IMG/VR virus record: IMGVR_UViG_3300005828_000059
DNA from: a virus
Length of the DNA stretch: 46,034 bases
Direction: 5' to 3' (one strand)
Shown: piece by piece, positions 26,230 to 34,689 of the stretch
How the letters are laid out: every line of letters begins with the position of its first letter
Numbering within the stretch: the stretch's first letter is position 1
Notes under the pieces: model-generated
What the model was told of the DNA's origin: nothing
The model's input: the letters and a program-made list of their open reading frames with translations, nothing else
Database searches by the model: none
Made by a program: the position numbers and the translations under genes

Positions 26230-26676
26230 TTAAGAGATCGTGATGTTGTCAGGGTACTTGATGTTGTCCTGAGCGTCGATGCCAATCCAGGACGTCATGA
26301 TGCCGGTCGAAGCGAACGTGTTATCGCCGACATACTGCACGCCGAGATACTGCTGCCAGACCGTCGAGAGCGCACCTCGCGCGACCGGGATCTGCAGATG
26401 GTAGCCGGCAACCAAAGTCGCTTTCGCGATCGCGCCAGTCGACTGGATGACCGACGGAGACGACAGAGAAGCGTTGTCATCGGAAACGAGGTTGAAGGTA
26501 AGCGTGGTGCCGCTGCCGGCAGGGATCTCCTCGGAGAGAATGTGCCAGTAGAGGATCTGACCCGCGCCCAGGTCGCGAATGTTCTTGAGGTCAACCACAT
26601 TCGTGGAAAGCTCTGTTGCGCCGCCATCGCAAACGCGTTGCGAGTTGCTGAAGAGCATCTGTGCGTCGATATACAT
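26230..26676 (-). CDS. Bbp16-like capsid cement/decoration protein (148 aa)
   Basis: The N-terminus MYIDAQMLFSNSQRV...STNVVDLKN and the position directly after the major capsid gene resemble the BPP-1 Bbp16 family from memory. SD sequence AAGGAG upstream. Confidence 0.55.
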   Translation of the reverse strand: MYIDAQMLFSNSQRVCDGGATELSTNVVDLKNIRDLGAGQILYWHILSEEIPAGSGTTLTFNLVSDDNASLSSPSVIQSTGAIAKATLVAGYHLQIPVARGALSTVWQQYLGVQYVGDNTFASTGIMTSWIGIDAQDNIKYPDNITIS

Positions 26677-26727
26677 GATGATGAAGCTCCTTAAAGTAGA
26701 GTTGTCGAGACGAAGGCCGAACCGCGA

Positions 26728-27759
26728 TCAGGTAACCCGAGCTTCCGTTTCGAGCAAGGCGTCGACAGTGCGAACCGGGATCCCGCGAAATGTGTTGACG
26801 AAACCGCCGTAGTTGCCGTCCTTGTCGTACACGACGTTGTTGACCACGGTAACGCCACCGGTGTTGAGGTTCTTGCCGATCGACTGGATGTCCAGCATCT
26901 GCGCGACAGTGCGGTTCACGTAGAACACCGGACGCCCCATCTTCAGGTTCTCGACGCGATGCATTGCCTTGATCATCAGCTTCGCCAGATCGGCTGCAGA
27001 CGTCTCGGAAACGAGCGAACTTACATCGATGTTGCAGATGCGAACGCCATAGCGCCAGTCCTTGCTTACAAGTCCGCACTTCCACTGCCAGTGATCCTGG
27101 AAAGCGCGCAAACGTCCGTTGGTCGCGCCGATACCAGTCGCAGTCTCGATCGTCTGCAGGCCGAGATCCTCATGCATGATGCCGGCTTTGCTGCCCTTCG
27201 GATACGTGCAGAAGAACGTTTCCGGGCCCCACACGAGAAGCCAGATAGAGCAATTGTCGGTACTCGATCCACCGGCATCGATGATGTTGCGCGCGTTGTT
27301 CGCACTGAGCGACGAATACCGGATCGAAAGCCCGAGAAACTCCTCGGGATCGGTCGTCGTGTTGCCGTAGAACAGCGTGCTCGCCATCTCCTGATTGAGG
27401 GCCTCGATCGTCGCGCGAGCCTCGGAGAGCCGGAACTGCGGCGAGTTGCCGTTTAGCTCCGCGATGTCTTTGTCGACTTCGCTCCAGCCCTCCAGCATGC
27501 CGCAGGACTCGTCGACTTGCGCGGTCGTGCTCTTGCTCGGCGTCACGCCTTGGTTGAGCAAACGCCACGCAACCGTTGGGTATCCGGTACGCATCGTGAC
27601 ACGATGACCCGTGGGCAGATTGCCTTCAGCCCAGTGAGCGTCGGTGAGAACCTCATTGGTCTGGGACAGCATCTCCACGATCGCGGCGATATTGCCATCG
27701 GGATCCATACGCTTCGCGACATCGCTCAGCGTGACTACGTTTGTTGCGAGAGTTGCCAT
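26728..27759 (-). CDS. Major capsid protein (343 aa)
   Basis: Lies between the scaffold and cement genes. The N-terminal pattern ...DPDGNIAAIVEMLSQTNEVLTDAHWAEGNLPTGHRVTMRTGYPTVAWRLLNQGV... is typical of podovirus HK97-fold coat proteins. SD sequence AGGAG upstream. Confidence 0.75.
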   Translation of the reverse strand: MATLATNVVTLSDVAKRMDPDGNIAAIVEMLSQTNEVLTDAHWAEGNLPTGHRVTMRTGYPTVAWRLLNQGVTPSKSTTAQVDESCGMLEGWSEVDKDIAELNGNSPQFRLSEARATIEALNQEMASTLFYGNTTTDPEEFLGLSIRYSSLSANNARNIIDAGGSSTDNCSIWLLVWGPETFFCTYPKGSKAGIMHEDLGLQTIETATGIGATNGRLRAFQDHWQWKCGLVSKDWRYGVRICNIDVSSLVSETSAADLAKLMIKAMHRVENLKMGRPVFYVNRTVAQMLDIQSIGKNLNTGGVTVVNNVVYDKDGNYGGFVNTFRGIPVRTVDALLETEARVT

Positions 27760-27788
27760 GATGCTTTGCTCCTATGCTTGAGTTGGGG

Positions 27789-28451
27789 TCAGGCCGCTTT
27801 GTTTCCGTAGATACGGTCAGCGAGATCGCGCGGCTGCTTGCTGCCACCGCCTTCTCCGCCAGTCTCGAACTTATCGTCACGCATCGCCTTTCCGACCTTG
27901 GCGAACACGCGCACGAGTTCAGGATGATTTCCGTACCCACTTTCGTTCAGTGCCTTGCGAAAATCCGCTGTTGCGAAACGCTCGAGCGCGCGGTTGACGT
28001 CGGAGATCGTAGCGTCGTAATTGCTGCCGCCGATATCCTTGTCTGCCTTAATCGCGTCCGGCCACTGCTTCGTGACAAGCTCATTCCACTGCTGTTGACG
28101 CTCAGTGACAAGCTTCGTCACCTCGGCATCGACAGTCCCAAGCAACTTCTTCGCGCTCTCCGAGTTCAGCCCGAGTTGGGTTGCGTACTCTTTGACGCGC
28201 GCAGTAGCTTCTGCATCGAGCGGAGAACCGTCTCGCAACGTCAGCGTGTACTCTCCAGTGTCTTTCGACTGCGCGTCCGACTGCTGGTTTTGCTGTTGCT
28301 GATCGCTGCCCTGCTGGTTCTGCTGCGATTGTTGATCGCCCTGCGATTGCTGGTTCTGCTTATCTTGCTGCTGGTTCTGCTTATCTTGCTGCTGGTCTTG
28401 CTGCTGGTCTTGCTGCTGCTGGTTCTGCTGCTGCTGGTTATCGTCAGACAT
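27789..28451 (-). CDS. Scaffolding protein candidate (220 aa) with an N-terminal tract of about 55 aa rich in Gln, Asn and Asp
   Basis: Lies between the portal-proximal ORF and the capsid gene. The C-terminal part is helical and charged. The ATG at 28451 has GGAAGAGG upstream. Confidence 0.55.
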   Translation of the reverse strand: MSDDNQQQQNQQQQDQQQDQQQDKQNQQQDKQNQQSQGDQQSQQNQQGSDQQQQNQQSDAQSKDTGEYTLTLRDGSPLDAEATARVKEYATQLGLNSESAKKLLGTVDAEVTKLVTERQQQWNELVTKQWPDAIKADKDIGGSNYDATISDVNRALERFATADFRKALNESGYGNHPELVRVFAKVGKAMRDDKFETGGEGGGSKQPRDLADRIYGNKAA

Positions 28452-28779
28452 CTTGATCCTCTTCCGGTTGAACGTTCTGTCGCAAGCTCTCCTCATACTC
28501 GGCCAGCATGAGCAACCATTGTTGAGGGCAAGCTTCGCGCAGGAAAACAGTCAGATTCTTCCCGATCTCCTGGATGCCGACGTTGTGCGCCATCACAAGC
28601 TCGCTACCAAGACCGACAGGGCTTTCGAGCCCGCAGATCTCGTAAACCATGCGATACACGAATCTGCGCCCGCGATCTGAACTCATGACATGCAAGACGT
28701 CGTTAACGCGCTGCTCTTGCTCCCGAGTCTCGCTCTGGCGCGCTCGCTTGAGTGCTCTCTCGTTAGCGGCGTTCGTCAT
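28444..28779 (-). CDS. Hypothetical head-module protein (111 aa), possibly Bbp19-like
   Basis: ATGA-type overlap with the portal stop. The family call is a weak recollection only. Confidence 0.4.
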   Translation of the reverse strand: MTNAANERALKRARQSETREQEQRVNDVLHVMSSDRGRRFVYRMVYEICGLESPVGLGSELVMAHNVGIQEIGKNLTVFLREACPQQWLLMLAEYEESLRQNVQPEEDQDV

Positions 28780-30521
28780 GCCGGCACACCTCCAGGCGGG
28801 GCCGCCGCACCCAACATTCGAGTGAGTGCGTTGTCACCTGCCATATCGGTCGAGGACAGGTTCTTGGCGGCCCCCGCCAGTTGCTCTGCACGCTGAACCG
28901 CAGCAGCCTGTTGCGCTGCCTGAGCGCGAGCTTGCCGGATCCCGACAACGGCATCATCAGAGCGCACGATCTGCGGTGGCACTCCGGTGATTAGCGCGTA
29001 CTCGTCGATCGTCTGATCGAGATCGACTTTATCGACGACGTCAGGCGTCACACCGAGGTTGGCTTGTGCTGCGGCAACGTTACCGACAAAGCCCATGAAC
29101 CGATCGATCGCGCCGATGCCGACTAGCTTCTGAGCTTGCGCCATAAGGCTGATGTACTCGACGCGCAAGGCTCTCCCCTGGATCTCTTTTGGCGGCGGCG
29201 GAAGCTGACCGCGAGATCCAAGCTTTGTGAAAGCATCATCGATCGCTGGATCGAGTAGCTCGTCGTTGAGACGCTCAAGCACTGGCCCCAGCATCAGCAG
29301 CTTTTCTTCGTGGCGCTCGTCGATCTCGCGCGCGGTGACTCGCGTGCGCTGGGCAGAATCGAGCGCGACCATCATCTGAAACAAGTCGACGTAGAAAGCG
29401 CGCCGAAGACGCGACCGGATCTGCTCTGCTTTCGCCTCCGCGTGCTCGACGTCAAACCGAATCTCATGCAGCGGCTTAAGGCCGGCTTGCCCTTCGCGGA
29501 TATCCGCGAAAGTAACATCCCCTGGGATCAAACTGACTCGATGATTGCGCAACGACGTTGGCGCGCTCATCGGCGGATTGATCATCTTCTCGATCGCTTG
29601 CGCGATTCGCTTCTCGTAGACCTGGAGCCCTTTGTTCGACCCAAGCGCGTCAGCACCGGGACCGGTGCCGTAGATGTCCTCCCCGAGCAAGTCCCACCTG
29701 GGGCACAGCACGGGAAAGTGATCATATCCACTCTCGCGCAAGAACTTATCCGCGATATCGTTTCGGTAGCCGTCTGCGCCGATCTCGTAATACAGGGAAG
29801 CGAACTTCTTGTACTTCGCGTCGAAGAGGGTTTCGTCCCACTTGTCGTTCGGCATGATCAGGTGGACAACATCGATCTTCGTCTCGAAGTTACCGTTGTC
29901 CCAGAGATCCTTGACGCGCTGTGAGAACGGAGCCCAACGCTTCTCAGGAGAGGCGTTCGGGTCTCCGAACTTGTGAACAAGCTGGCGCACGGTATACGAG
30001 ATATCGCGCGACCAGATGTTCGCCAGCATGCGATCGTCATTGCCGATGTAGAAACGACCGATGGGCTGCGAGTAGACGCGAAGAGTGTCTTTCTGGTCGT
30101 CGTCGAGGAAGAGGGACGCTGTCCCGAAGACACCGAGATCCCCGTAGGTCGTGGAGATCCCGTTGTAGAAGTTCGAGCGCAAGAACAGCCAGTGGATGCG
30201 CTCGGTCACATGATGCAGCCAGCGCTTGACTGGCGCGAACTCGTTGAGATCTGGGTCAGGAGTCGTGAGCTTGAACCACGGTCGCGCGGGCGAGGTGATC
30301 CCTGACATCATGCCAGCCTGTAGAGTGCGGCTGGAAAATCGACCCTCTTCGTCGAGGATCTTCGCGTTGCGCTTGTCGCCCTTATTGACGTTCGCGCTAT
30401 TCAGCCGGATACGGCGCGGCTGGAAGTAGTCGGCACACTCCTGCCAGAGCGGTTCCCAGGAGGAGCGCTCATCGACGAGCCCCGATACTATGGCTTCAAC
30501 CCGCTTTCGTCTGCTCTCCAA
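28776..30521 (-). CDS. Portal (head-to-tail connector) protein (581 aa)
   Basis: The size, the position after TerL/GNAT and the N-terminal pattern ...WEPLWQECADYFQPRR...ILDEEGRFSSRTLQAGMMSGITSPARPWFKL are typical of T7 gp8-like connectors. The start is TTG, with an in-frame stop 2 codons upstream. Confidence 0.75.
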   Translation of the reverse strand: MESRRKRVEAIVSGLVDERSSWEPLWQECADYFQPRRIRLNSANVNKGDKRNAKILDEEGRFSSRTLQAGMMSGITSPARPWFKLTTPDPDLNEFAPVKRWLHHVTERIHWLFLRSNFYNGISTTYGDLGVFGTASLFLDDDQKDTLRVYSQPIGRFYIGNDDRMLANIWSRDISYTVRQLVHKFGDPNASPEKRWAPFSQRVKDLWDNGNFETKIDVVHLIMPNDKWDETLFDAKYKKFASLYYEIGADGYRNDIADKFLRESGYDHFPVLCPRWDLLGEDIYGTGPGADALGSNKGLQVYEKRIAQAIEKMINPPMSAPTSLRNHRVSLIPGDVTFADIREGQAGLKPLHEIRFDVEHAEAKAEQIRSRLRRAFYVDLFQMMVALDSAQRTRVTAREIDERHEEKLLMLGPVLERLNDELLDPAIDDAFTKLGSRGQLPPPPKEIQGRALRVEYISLMAQAQKLVGIGAIDRFMGFVGNVAAAQANLGVTPDVVDKVDLDQTIDEYALITGVPPQIVRSDDAVVGIRQARAQAAQQAAAVQRAEQLAGAAKNLSSTDMAGDNALTRMLGAAAPPGGVPA

Positions 30522-30550
30522 CGCGCATCATCCGCGCCCCCGTAGGTGGA

Positions 30551-31060
30551 TCAGCCGGGCTGCCCAGCCCGGTCCAGCCTGCGCCCCCAGACCGATTCGA
30601 TCTCCTCGTAGCCCAGCCTTCTCAGGAGGGGCCCGAAGTCATGGGCGCGCTTAACGTGGTTATATACCACAGAAGCCCCAGCCGCCGCAAGGGACATGTC
30701 AGCAAATGCTATCAGACCTGCCCCGGTGCCCTGGTCGCGGTATTCGGGCAGCAGGAATAGGACGTCCTGTTTAGCGTTCACGACGTCGTAGTGCAGGTGC
30801 CTGGAAAGCACGAAAACGGCATACCCGACCAGCCAGTTCTCACCATCTACGTCGAGCGCGCGGGCTGTATAGATCTTCAGCATGCCGGCAGCCTGCGCTC
30901 GGTAGTAGCTGTCCCAGTCAACTGCAAGCTCGATGTCCGGGTAATGCGCAATCTCTCTCCAGTGCTGATAGAGCAGCGGCCTGATCTCTGCGGCGAAAGC
31001 CTCGTCGAGCAGTTCCTCACTGAACACGGTGGGGTGCGTCATATCGTTCATATCGCTCAT
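30551..31060 (-). CDS. GNAT-family N-acetyltransferase (169 aa)
   Basis: VLFLLPEYRDQGTGAGLI matches the acetyl-CoA binding motif (R/Q-x-x-G-x-G/A). ATGA overlap with the TerL stop. Confidence 0.65.
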   Translation of the reverse strand: MSDMNDMTHPTVFSEELLDEAFAAEIRPLLYQHWREIAHYPDIELAVDWDSYYRAQAAGMLKIYTARALDVDGENWLVGYAVFVLSRHLHYDVVNAKQDVLFLLPEYRDQGTGAGLIAFADMSLAAAGASVVYNHVKRAHDFGPLLRRLGYEEIESVWGRRLDRAGQPG

Positions 31061-32526
31061 GTCCTGCTCTCCTCATAGGGGTTCCATTCCGCTAACGCTC
31101 GGTCCTGCACAACTGGAATCATCGACGTTCCCGAGATCGCGCGAGGCCGTGGTACAACAGGTGCCGCGTGTGTCAGAATGAATGCGTCCCAAATATCGGG
31201 CGACACCTGCAGGACCGCTTTGATCTCGTCTTTGTCCTGCACGATCAGTTTGTCACGCTTGAGTGTGTAAGTCGCTGCAACTGCTTCTCTCGCCAGTTGG
31301 GGATCGTTCGGGAGAGCACCCCCGTTCTTCACCCACTCGGCCGCGTTAAAGTGCATCTCTGCGCGCCGGTTGTAGTAGCGAGGATCGAATGCTTTGCCGG
31401 CGAATGACACTGGGATAAGAGACATCCCAAGGTCGAGGGCCGCATCGATCGCGCCTGCAGCGTATCCCCCACCATCATCGATGAAGATCGCATCGGGCTG
31501 GAACTTCTCATTCGCGATCGCCAGCCGAGCGGCGATGTCTTGAGTCCTCGCGTTACGCATGATCACTGGCTTGAAAGCCTGCACGCCCTGGCGCGGAAAC
31601 ATGACGGTGCGATCGTCCCCCATGCGTGCGATGTCGACCCCGATCACGCGCGCTGCGAATGCGTACTGGTCTTTCGGGATCACACGCCGCATCGCTATCG
31701 AGACGTCGTCGGGCCCGAGGAGTGCGTTGATCGAAGCGGGCGGAAATTTGCCCAGCACGTTGACCATGACCCAGGGGTTATCGCGCCCCCAGGATTCGAT
31801 TTGATCTCGTGCCCACTGGATGCTCACACGTGAAGACCTGTTCGGATCATCAGGGTCGCCCGTGATCTCGACCATCGTCCACAGATGCCGCTCGACTGTT
31901 GCCGCTCGATAGAGCGGGCCCTCGAGCGTAGTGGGATTCCCCGCTTGCACGAGATGACACTCCACCCCCGACGCGAGAGCGGCTTCAGCTGCAGCCATCA
32001 CCGCGCTTGGAATACCGCCGCTCTCGTCGAGGATGAACAGCATGTAGTCGGCGTGCTTGCCGGCCAGCGTGTCGGCTTGCGCTTCTGGAGATGCAGATCT
32101 CGACCACGCGCGAGCGACCATGTAGTGAGTCTCTGGATCGTCGACCGCGAAGATGCGAGTTGCTGTCCATTTGAAAGCTTTGTCTAAACACTTGTTGACG
32201 GACTGCTTCTGCCACTTCGCCATCTCAGTCCAGAGGCCGTCGGACAAGTTATCGGCGGTAATCGAGGTAGCAACGATCTTCGGGTGAGGACGAGTGAGGA
32301 GAAAATTCCAACAGATCCAGGCTAGCACGCAGGTCTTGCCTGGGCCCTTACACGCTTTCATCGCGAGTCGCGGGTTATAGCGGAACTTATGCAAAGCCTG
32401 CGCTTGCCAGGGGTCTGGTGAAGCCCCGAACACTTCACGCACGAAGCGCTCGGGGCTCTCGCGCCACTCGGATATCTTGCGCGCGGTAACCGCAGCGCTG
32501 TATCCGAGAGCGCTGGCGATCGACAT
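31057..32526 (-). CDS. terL: Terminase large subunit (489 aa)
   Basis: The Walker A-like motif is CKGPGKTCV and the Walker B motif is MLFILDESGG. The nuclease-domain acidic motifs are IGVDIARMGDD and IFIDDGGGY. Confidence 0.85.
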   Translation of the reverse strand: MSIASALGYSAAVTARKISEWRESPERFVREVFGASPDPWQAQALHKFRYNPRLAMKACKGPGKTCVLAWICWNFLLTRPHPKIVATSITADNLSDGLWTEMAKWQKQSVNKCLDKAFKWTATRIFAVDDPETHYMVARAWSRSASPEAQADTLAGKHADYMLFILDESGGIPSAVMAAAEAALASGVECHLVQAGNPTTLEGPLYRAATVERHLWTMVEITGDPDDPNRSSRVSIQWARDQIESWGRDNPWVMVNVLGKFPPASINALLGPDDVSIAMRRVIPKDQYAFAARVIGVDIARMGDDRTVMFPRQGVQAFKPVIMRNARTQDIAARLAIANEKFQPDAIFIDDGGGYAAGAIDAALDLGMSLIPVSFAGKAFDPRYYNRRAEMHFNAAEWVKNGGALPNDPQLAREAVAATYTLKRDKLIVQDKDEIKAVLQVSPDIWDAFILTHAAPVVPRPRAISGTSMIPVVQDRALAEWNPYEESRT

Positions 32527-32828
32527 CAGTTCGGGCGGCCGAGCGGGGCGATTGCACTTGCGACCTGAATGCGAGACGCGTTCTCGGCACGCATCTGAGC
32601 GAGATGCCGCGCCACTAAGCTCTCGCCGGCTTGCTTCAGCCAGTACGCAGCTTTGTAGGAATCGACGATACCCGCCATCTGAACGTCGATCGTGTCCTGG
32701 TTGTCGCCCTCGAACGAGAGCATGACGAATGCCGCCTTGCCACTCTCAACTGCATCAGCTAACAGACGCAGCTTCTGCGCGAGCTTGCGCTCTTCGCGAT
32801 TGACTCTGTACTCGGCTGTCTCTTCCAC
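32526..32828 (-). CDS. Hypothetical protein (100 aa) upstream of terL
   Basis: GTG at 32828 with GGAGG 4 nt upstream. TGATG overlap with the terL start. The track start at 32864 lacks an SD. Confidence 0.45.
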   Translation of the reverse strand: MEETAEYRVNREERKLAQKLRLLADAVESGKAAFVMLSFEGDNQDTIDVQMAGIVDSYKAAYWLKQAGESLVARHLAQMRAENASRIQVASAIAPLGRPN

Positions 32829-32829
32829 G

Positions 32830-32988
32830 CTACCTCCGTCGCTTACCACGCAACATGACTGCACTGCGCGGTCTAGATATATAAACGCGTTTCAGTCCCT
32901 GACAGAACTTGTGCGTGTGCCCTGCGTCAAGCCCCACCGTCATTACCTCAGCGAGCCGGCGCAATCGCTTCGCAACCGTGCCTCTCAT
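32830..32988 (-). CDS. Small Arg-rich protein (52 aa, below the track cutoff)
   Basis: Hand translation gives MRGTVAKRLRRLAEVMTVGLDAGHTHKFCQGLKRVYISRPRSAVMLRGKRRR. ATGA overlap with the upstream micro-ORF. Confidence 0.35.
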   Translation of the reverse strand: MRGTVAKRLRRLAEVMTVGLDAGHTHKFCQGLKRVYISRPRSAVMLRGKRRR

Positions 32989-33140
32989 CGTTTGCCCCTC
33001 TTCGCCTTGCTGTAGCTCTCGCGAATAGCCGCTCGACGGCGAGCCTCTGCGACGCTCTGCGTGTTGAAATGTACAGTGCTCCCATCTCGCTTGACGCCGG
33101 TTACACCGCTGCCCGTCTTCCTGAATCGCACGTATGGCAT
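32985..33140 (-). CDS. Small basic protein (51 aa, below the track cutoff)
   Basis: Hand translation gives MPYVRFRKTGSGVTGVKRDGSTVHFNTQSVAEARRRAAIRESYSKAKRGKR. SD sequence AGGAGG 5 nt upstream. Confidence 0.45.
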   Translation of the reverse strand: MPYVRFRKTGSGVTGVKRDGSTVHFNTQSVAEARRRAAIRESYSKAKRGKR

Positions 33141-33151
33141 ATCACCTCCTG

Positions 33152-33439
33152 CTACAGGTCATGCTCGAAGGAAGCCGCGATCAAGTCCGCGAGAGTGCCC
33201 TTCACGTCATGTTCCAACCGCTTGGGCGCATCGGGGATCAGCTTGTTCATCAGCGCGAGCGCGACCCTGATCTGCGAGTCGGTCAGAAACTTGGGTGCAT
33301 CCTCCGCCTTAACGGCGACCGCCTCCATGTGCGTTGCGACCCGCTGCATCACCTGCTGCGCGTTGAGCGTTTTCAGCAGCTGCTGCGCGTACCGCTCGCT
33401 GTAGATGAACTCAAACTCGCTCTGGTTCTTCGTGCTCAT
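33152..33439 (-). CDS. Hypothetical protein (95 aa); small terminase subunit candidate by position only
   Basis: ATGA overlap with the RuvC-like stop. The protein is helical. No motif was recognised. Confidence 0.35.
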   Translation of the reverse strand: MSTKNQSEFEFIYSERYAQQLLKTLNAQQVMQRVATHMEAVAVKAEDAPKFLTDSQIRVALALMNKLIPDAPKRLEHDVKGTLADLIAASFEHDL

Positions 33440-33885
33440 AGCTGTGTATCCATCCAGGTAACCGCCAGGGCAAACGCCTGCCACTCGTCTTTCGCGAGCC
33501 CGTATGTTACACCAGGAGCAGACTTGCGTCCTGGAGCGCCGAATCGGTCGATGAGGGCCTGCCGAATGTCAGCGTCTTTTGCCCGACTCGAGCCGCAGAT
33601 ATGCAGCTTCACGGTCCTGCGATAGATGCGCTCGGTCGTGGTGAATCGCTCCATGAAGCGACCGATCCACACGCACGTTTCGAACACCGATGCCCCGACT
33701 CGCATACCGCGACCCTCGATCATCTCTATGACAGTGTCGTAAGGTGAGTGAACGAGGTGGAACAGTGACGCGCGAGATGACAGCGTGGCGTTTGCGCTAA
33801 TGCTGTGCGCGCGAATACACTTCCCATTCCACACGACCCACGCACTTTTTTCCGGCCCTGGATCAATCGCAAGAACCATTGTCAT
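33436..33885 (-). CDS. RuvC-like Holliday junction resolvase (149 aa)
   Basis: The motifs are LAIDPGPEKSAWVVW (first catalytic Asp), VIEMIEG and KDEWQAFALAV, in the typical RuvC-fold order. Confidence 0.7.
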   Translation of the reverse strand: MTMVLAIDPGPEKSAWVVWNGKCIRAHSISANATLSSRASLFHLVHSPYDTVIEMIEGRGMRVGASVFETCVWIGRFMERFTTTERIYRRTVKLHICGSSRAKDADIRQALIDRFGAPGRKSAPGVTYGLAKDEWQAFALAVTWMDTQL

Positions 33886-34064
33886 CGCTGTCCCGCTCTG
33901 ATTGCTTCAATGCGATCTCGCGCATCGAGCAAATGCTTCACGTTGCACGCGCTCGGTAGTGCCAACAACGCGACAAGCGCCCACGGCAACCATCGATAGA
34001 CCCGAGGCTGTTCTCGTCCGACATCAGGACGATCGCCGAAATAAGTCCTGCTCTGACGCCTCAC
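33882..34064 (-). CDS. Hypothetical small protein (60 aa from GTG 34064; the track ORF extends to 34136) with one hydrophobic helix
   Basis: GTGA overlap with the upstream stop and ATGA overlap with the RuvC-like start. The hydrophobic segment is WLPWALVALLALPSAC. Confidence 0.35.
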   Translation of the reverse strand: MRRQSRTYFGDRPDVGREQPRVYRWLPWALVALLALPSACNVKHLLDARDRIEAIRAGQR

Positions 34065-34294
34065 CAGTAGCCCCCTAACCGGTCCCACAGATCTCCGCTC
34101 TCGCGGTCTTCCCATCCGGGTTCCCACTGCTGACAAGCTGCTTCGAGTAGCTCGATTGTGAGCAGCTTGTCAGCGTTCGCTACGGTATCCCACAACCAGA
34201 TCAAATAGCCGGGATCGATCTCGTAGACCTGCTCCGGCGTTAAGCCCTTGTGCTTGCCAAACCTCAACGGCGTTTTATCAATATCGACTGTCAT
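34061..34294 (-). CDS. DUF3820-like protein (77 aa)
   Basis: LRFGKHKGLTPEQVYEIDPGYLIWLW matches the remembered DUF3820 signature. The ATG at 34294 overlaps the stop of a 35-aa micro-ORF. Confidence 0.6.
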   Translation of the reverse strand: MTVDIDKTPLRFGKHKGLTPEQVYEIDPGYLIWLWDTVANADKLLTIELLEAACQQWEPGWEDRESGDLWDRLGGYW

Positions 34295-34398
34295 GGCCAT
34301 CCTATCCATCGAAAGAATCGTTGATACCAGTGCAGCCCCTTACCGCACGCTTGCTCTACGGTCGCCCATACCAGACGTTTGCGTAACCATTTCCTCAT
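34291..34398 (-). CDS. Possible 35-aa Trp/Arg-rich micro-ORF (MRKWLRKRLVWATVEQACGKGLHWYQRFFRWIGWP)
   Basis: It bridges two genes with TGATG and ATGA overlaps. There is no other support. Confidence 0.25.
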   Translation of the reverse strand: MRKWLRKRLVWATVEQACGKGLHWYQRFFRWIGWP

Positions 34399-34622
34399 CA
34401 CTCCACCTCCCATGATCTTTGAACTTGTGCCACCCGCTCTTCGTGAGTCTCTCCACCGAGGTGAAATCTACCGCACTGACACCTGCAAGTCCAGGGAATA
34501 GCGTGCTCAGATGCAGCAAGCAGCATGATCTCTTCGACGTCCTCGACTACCTCTGGCGCACGAGCAACTTCAAATTCATAGCGCCCCACCTGCGTCTCCA
34601 CTTCGACTTTGTTCCAGTCCAT
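34398..34622 (-). CDS. Hypothetical protein (74 aa)
   Basis: SD sequence GGAGGA upstream. It is the first ORF downstream of the iteron region. Confidence 0.5.
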   Translation of the reverse strand: MDWNKVEVETQVGRYEFEVARAPEVVEDVEEIMLLAASEHAIPWTCRCQCGRFHLGGETHEERVAQVQRSWEVE

Positions 34623-34689
34623 CTCAAGTCCTCCAAGCGTGTTTGCGCAACGCGCTCGCGCACCCCCAGGAAGGTACGCAAGCGGGCGG

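Noticed and set aside
26230-28779. Is a diversity-generating retroelement present? The head genes resemble Bordetella phage BPP-1 (Bbp16-like cement protein) and the genome has scattered repeat pairs.
   Set aside because: No reverse-transcriptase ORF (no YxDD-type motif) exists in any frame. The repeat pairs are exact or differ at non-adenine positions, rather than showing the A-to-N differences of a TR/VR pair. None lies at the 3' end of a receptor-binding gene.
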